A stretch of 64,000 bases of DNA from an uncultured Pseudomonadota bacterium (GTDB taxonomy: Bacteria > Pseudomonadota > Alphaproteobacteria > RF32 > CAG-239), in contig CABUUO010000001.1 of assembly GCA_902494875.1 (NCBI GenBank), positions 192,295-256,294 on the forward strand, read 5' to 3'. Position numbers and translations under genes: made by a program. The notes under the pieces were generated by a model, which was not told where the DNA came from, made no database searches, and saw only the letters and a list, made by a program, of their open reading frames with translations. This document shows positions 61,106 to 64,000 of this stretch, piece after piece; the first letter of the stretch is position 1; each line of letters begins with the position of its first letter.

Positions 61106-61923
61106 ATGAATAAAAATAAAATTTATAATAAGCTTATAAAGTTATTATCTTATTTCATTCCGCTGTCAAATAACAGAAAAAACTTTCGTAAAAAATTTCT
61201 AAAAAACAACATTTGTGCTGATGTTTCTTCCAGTATAGTAAATTATGGTCATAACAACATTGTAAAATTAATTCTGGAAAATGGTGAAGAAATTATAAAT
61301 CCTGCTATTTCTGGCCTAAAAATCATATTTTACGGAAATAATAATCTGGTTGTCTTGCATTCTCCAATTCAATTTCGGGCATCTACATTTGAGATGCAGT
61401 CTGATTCTTTGATTAACATACAAAAAAGCAAATATTTTTTATGTAATCTAAATATTTCTCCTATGAACAATAATACACTATTAATAGGCAGAGATTTTTC
61501 CTGTTCATCTGTTAATATCCGTTTACATGATGAACCCAAGCTTACTGTTAAAATAGGCGATGATTGTATGTTTTCTCATGATATTGAAATTCGTTCGAGT
61601 GATGGGCATACAATATTAAACAGAAAGACAAAAGAGATATTAAATCCAGCAACAGACATTAAAATTGGCAACCATGTTTGGATTGGCATGAGATGTATTT
61701 TATTAAAAAATACACAAATTCCAGATCATTCTATACTCGGCGCTAATTCTCTCATAAATAAATCTTTTTCCGCCTCACACAACCGGGGGGGGTGGTTATT
61801 GCAGGGATACCCGCCAAGATTGTCAAGAACGATATTGTTTGGCTTAGGCACAGTACAAATCTAGCCTCTGAAGAAATTATAGACGATTTCTACAAAGAAT
61901 ATAAAATTAATATGAAGGAATAA
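61106..61923 (+). pseudogene. hexapeptide-repeat (left-handed beta-helix) acetyltransferase truncated by a G8 tract; G9 would give a 272-aa product
   Basis: The track ORF ends ...SHNRGGWLLQGYPPRLSRTILFGLGTVQI*. The +1 frame after the tract reads VVIAGIPAKIVKNDIVWLRHSTNL...KINMKE*, the canonical C-terminus of LbH acetyltransferases. The upstream part has IKIGNHVWIGMRCILLKNTQIPDHSILGANSLI hexapeptide repeats. Confidence 0.65.
61785..61792 (+). repeat. poly-G homopolymer (G8), candidate slipped-strand phase-variation tract
   Basis: GGGGGGGG followed by TGG; inserting one G restores the acetyltransferase C-terminus. Confidence 0.6.
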
Positions 61924-61927
61924 TAGT

Positions 61928-63148
61928 ATGAAGACGCTACAGAAAGCTATAATTACGCCAACTTTTTCAGGACATTTTGGTTATATAAAAAACTATTTAA
62001 AAAGTTTCGATCGTTATCTTATAGATCGTGATTTTCCAATATTTTTTATTATAAATAAAAATGAAAACAGTATTTTTTCTCCTATTATCCAAAAGTACCG
62101 TAATCGTTTAAATTTAAATGTAATTTTTCTTGATGATATTTTTGAACATTTCAAAATTGACGAAACACCGGAAGAAGCCTTAAGCAAATATGGACGTTTA
62201 TCTTTTCAAACATTAAAAAAATTTTACGGGGCATTATACGTTAATGCTAAAGAATTTTTATTTCTTGATTCAGAGAGTATGTTAATAAAACCAACGAACA
62301 TATCTCTGCTTTTCGATGATTATTTTAAAAAACCAACATTTTTTATTTCTCGAATATCTGAGAGGGCTCAAGGCTTCAAAGAAAACTTTACATATGAATT
62401 TTTAAATGCGGTTACAAACCTTTTAGGAAAAAAACCAGAGTACTGGAGTATTGAATCTTATGAATGGTTTTATAAACTAGACATATTGAAAGATCTGATA
62501 AATGATTTGGGAACACCTATCGAAATTGTAAAGAACTATAAAATGCCCGGTAAGTTTCCAAATATCGAAGGAATTCTGGAAGCTCTTCTTTATTATCAAT
62601 ATATTTTATACCACAATGACAAATACGGCTATACAATCAAAATAATAGAAGATGAGCTCAGAGAAGCTCTGGGAGATAATAACTATAAGAGATTCCGTCA
62701 GTATTTTGACAAATCGCCCTTTTTTATATGTGGCGTTTTAGAAACGGCAATGTTTTTTATCGATAAGGACAATGCTGATGGTTTCATTCATTTCCTAAAC
62801 AAATATAAAATCCGTTTATTACGTGTAGAAGATCCTAAAATTAACAATGCAACGGCCCAAATAAAAATAATTAAGAATACGGGAATTCATATTTGTCCAT
62901 CTTCTCAGAACCATATCTTTGGAATAAACAGTACAATAAAAAAACGTTTCAATATACTGATAGGAAATAACAGAAATATTCAAAAACTGAAAAAACATTT
63001 TACTAAATTTGCCAAACCATTCATTTTTATTTGCAAGCCATTTCTGGCTACGATTAAATGGATGTTTGAAATTATTCCCATTTGCATTTATTCATTGAAA
63101 TCATTGAATATCGTTTTGAAAAATCTAAAAAATATATTGTTTGGGTGA
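61928..63148 (+). CDS. hypothetical protein, 406 aa (possible glycosyltransferase-like)
   Basis: Track ORF in the island; no motif I can name with confidence. Confidence 0.45.
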   Translation: MKTLQKAIITPTFSGHFGYIKNYLKSFDRYLIDRDFPIFFIINKNENSIFSPIIQKYRNRLNLNVIFLDDIFEHFKIDETPEEALSKYGRLSFQTLKKFYGALYVNAKEFLFLDSESMLIKPTNISLLFDDYFKKPTFFISRISERAQGFKENFTYEFLNAVTNLLGKKPEYWSIESYEWFYKLDILKDLINDLGTPIEIVKNYKMPGKFPNIEGILEALLYYQYILYHNDKYGYTIKIIEDELREALGDNNYKRFRQYFDKSPFFICGVLETAMFFIDKDNADGFIHFLNKYKIRLLRVEDPKINNATAQIKIIKNTGIHICPSSQNHIFGINSTIKKRFNILIGNNRNIQKLKKHFTKFAKPFIFICKPFLATIKWMFEIIPICIYSLKSLNIVLKNLKNILFG

Positions 63149-63157
63149 TTTGCAAAA

Positions 63158-64000
63158 ATGACTAATATACAAAAATCAGACATCACATTCATATGCAGCG
63201 GCAAGATATTTGCAGGAAAAAAATTTAATACTCTTGCATCAATAAAATCCGTAAAAAAATATTTTCCTGAATCCAAGATAATTCTTTCGACATGGGAAGG
63301 AGAAAATATTGAGCCTTTTGAAAAATTCTGTGATTTAATAATATTAAATCCATGCATGGAAATGAAATATCATACTTGTTTGGAATCATGTTCTTGGTAC
63401 CCTAAATTGAATTCTTATGATTTGCAGCAAAAGAGCGTCAATGCCGCATTACGACAATGTAAAACTAAATATGCCGTTCGGTTCAGAACCGATTTTGTTC
63501 TTAAAAATGACAACTTTTTAAAAAAGTACATTGAATTTGAAAATATCTTTGATCGGTTTGTACCTGAATATAAAATATTTCAGAACAAAGTTCTGATTCA
63601 TCAAACCGGAACAATTTCTCCTTATACCAAAGATGTTCCGATGCTTCATCATCCTTCAGAATTATTCCATTTTGGTCTAACTGAGGATTTATTGAAAATA
63701 TGGACCGGAAAGAATATGCCAGAAAAGATTGCAGATTACTTTCATGATGAAAACCATAATGAGAGCAATCCGTGTCTTTTTAATCATAGATATACACCAG
63801 AACAGTATATTTGGTTAAAAATGCTTGATGATTCCGGTGTCGGCTACGAAAAACCGGACTATTATCTTTCCTTTTCCGAAAAAATGAGACAAGAACAAGA
63901 CAGGCTTTTCATTTCTAATTTCATTATTCTTGATGCGCAAGGCTTGGGAATATCATCGAAATTTGATGAAAAATTGAAACATGTACAACATCGTTTTTAT
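63158..64000 (+). CDS. hypothetical protein, 5' part; the ORF is open to the window end
   Basis: ATG at 63158, which I translated by hand as MTNIQKSDITFICSGKIFAGKKFNTLASIKSVKKYFPESKIILSTWEGENIEPF... The frame stays open to 64000. It is absent from the track because it has no stop in the window. Confidence 0.5.
   Translation, partial: MTNIQKSDITFICSGKIFAGKKFNTLASIKSVKKYFPESKIILSTWEGENIEPFEKFCDLIILNPCMEMKYHTCLESCSWYPKLNSYDLQQKSVNAALRQCKTKYAVRFRTDFVLKNDNFLKKYIEFENIFDRFVPEYKIFQNKVLIHQTGTISPYTKDVPMLHHPSELFHFGLTEDLLKIWTGKNMPEKIADYFHDENHNESNPCLFNHRYTPEQYIWLKMLDDSGVGYEKPDYYLSFSEKMRQEQDRLFISNFIILDAQGLGISSKFDEKLKHVQHRFY

Noticed and set aside
59321-61792. The possibility that both G8 tracts are simply homopolymer undercalls by the sequencer.
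   Set aside because: I have not rejected it. I kept it as the alternative hypothesis. Two tracts both off by exactly -1 is what systematic homopolymer deletion error would also produce, so read-level evidence is required before calling phase variation.

Overview
The 64 kb window reads as chromosomal DNA from a Gram-negative bacterium with about 45-50% GC, mostly housekeeping and accessory genes plus one low-GC island. Minus-strand housekeeping genes include fhs, parC, recO, kdsA, pyrG, secG, tpiA, ppa, and the cluster rpmF-plsX-fabH-ihfA-MerR-yceD. The plus strand carries ppiD, proS, bamE and a tRNA-Pro(GGG). The tpiA-secG-pyrG-kdsA and bamE/yceD-rpmF-plsX-fabH-ihfA-MerR orders suggest an alphaproteobacterium-like backbone. 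I infer this from gene order, not from any similarity search.

Several genes point to an anaerobic or microaerophilic lifestyle: an orphan [FeFe]-hydrogenase maturase HydE, a flavodiiron protein, a PerR-rubrerythrin pair, an iron-sulfur flavoprotein, a flavodoxin/ferredoxin fusion, and formate-THF ligase.

Accessory content that stands out:
- An 880-aa autotransporter whose passenger domain starts with a eukaryote-like ubiquitin domain, about 65% identical to ubiquitin by eye and lacking the C-terminal Gly-Gly.
- A 1334-aa membrane-anchored coiled-coil giant that appears to be co-transcribed with a 199-aa unknown protein and a dus gene.
- Two secreted EF-hand proteins next to each other.
- An N-formylglutamate-amidohydrolase-like gene overlapping a 572-aa unknown protein.
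- A secreted GH24 lysozyme.

The last 9 kb (about 55.3 kb to the window end) is a one-strand, tightly packed island of roughly 30-33% GC. It encodes surface-glycan-type enzymes: two nucleotidyltransferases (one fused to an APH/choline-kinase-like kinase), a small HAD phosphatase, a hexapeptide acetyltransferase and several unknowns. Two genes in it are interrupted by G8 homopolymer tracts, and adding one G to either tract restores a full-length ORF. That pattern is typical of slipped-strand phase variation. Homopolymer sequencing error is the alternative.

No rRNA, CRISPR array, transposase or integrase was recognised.
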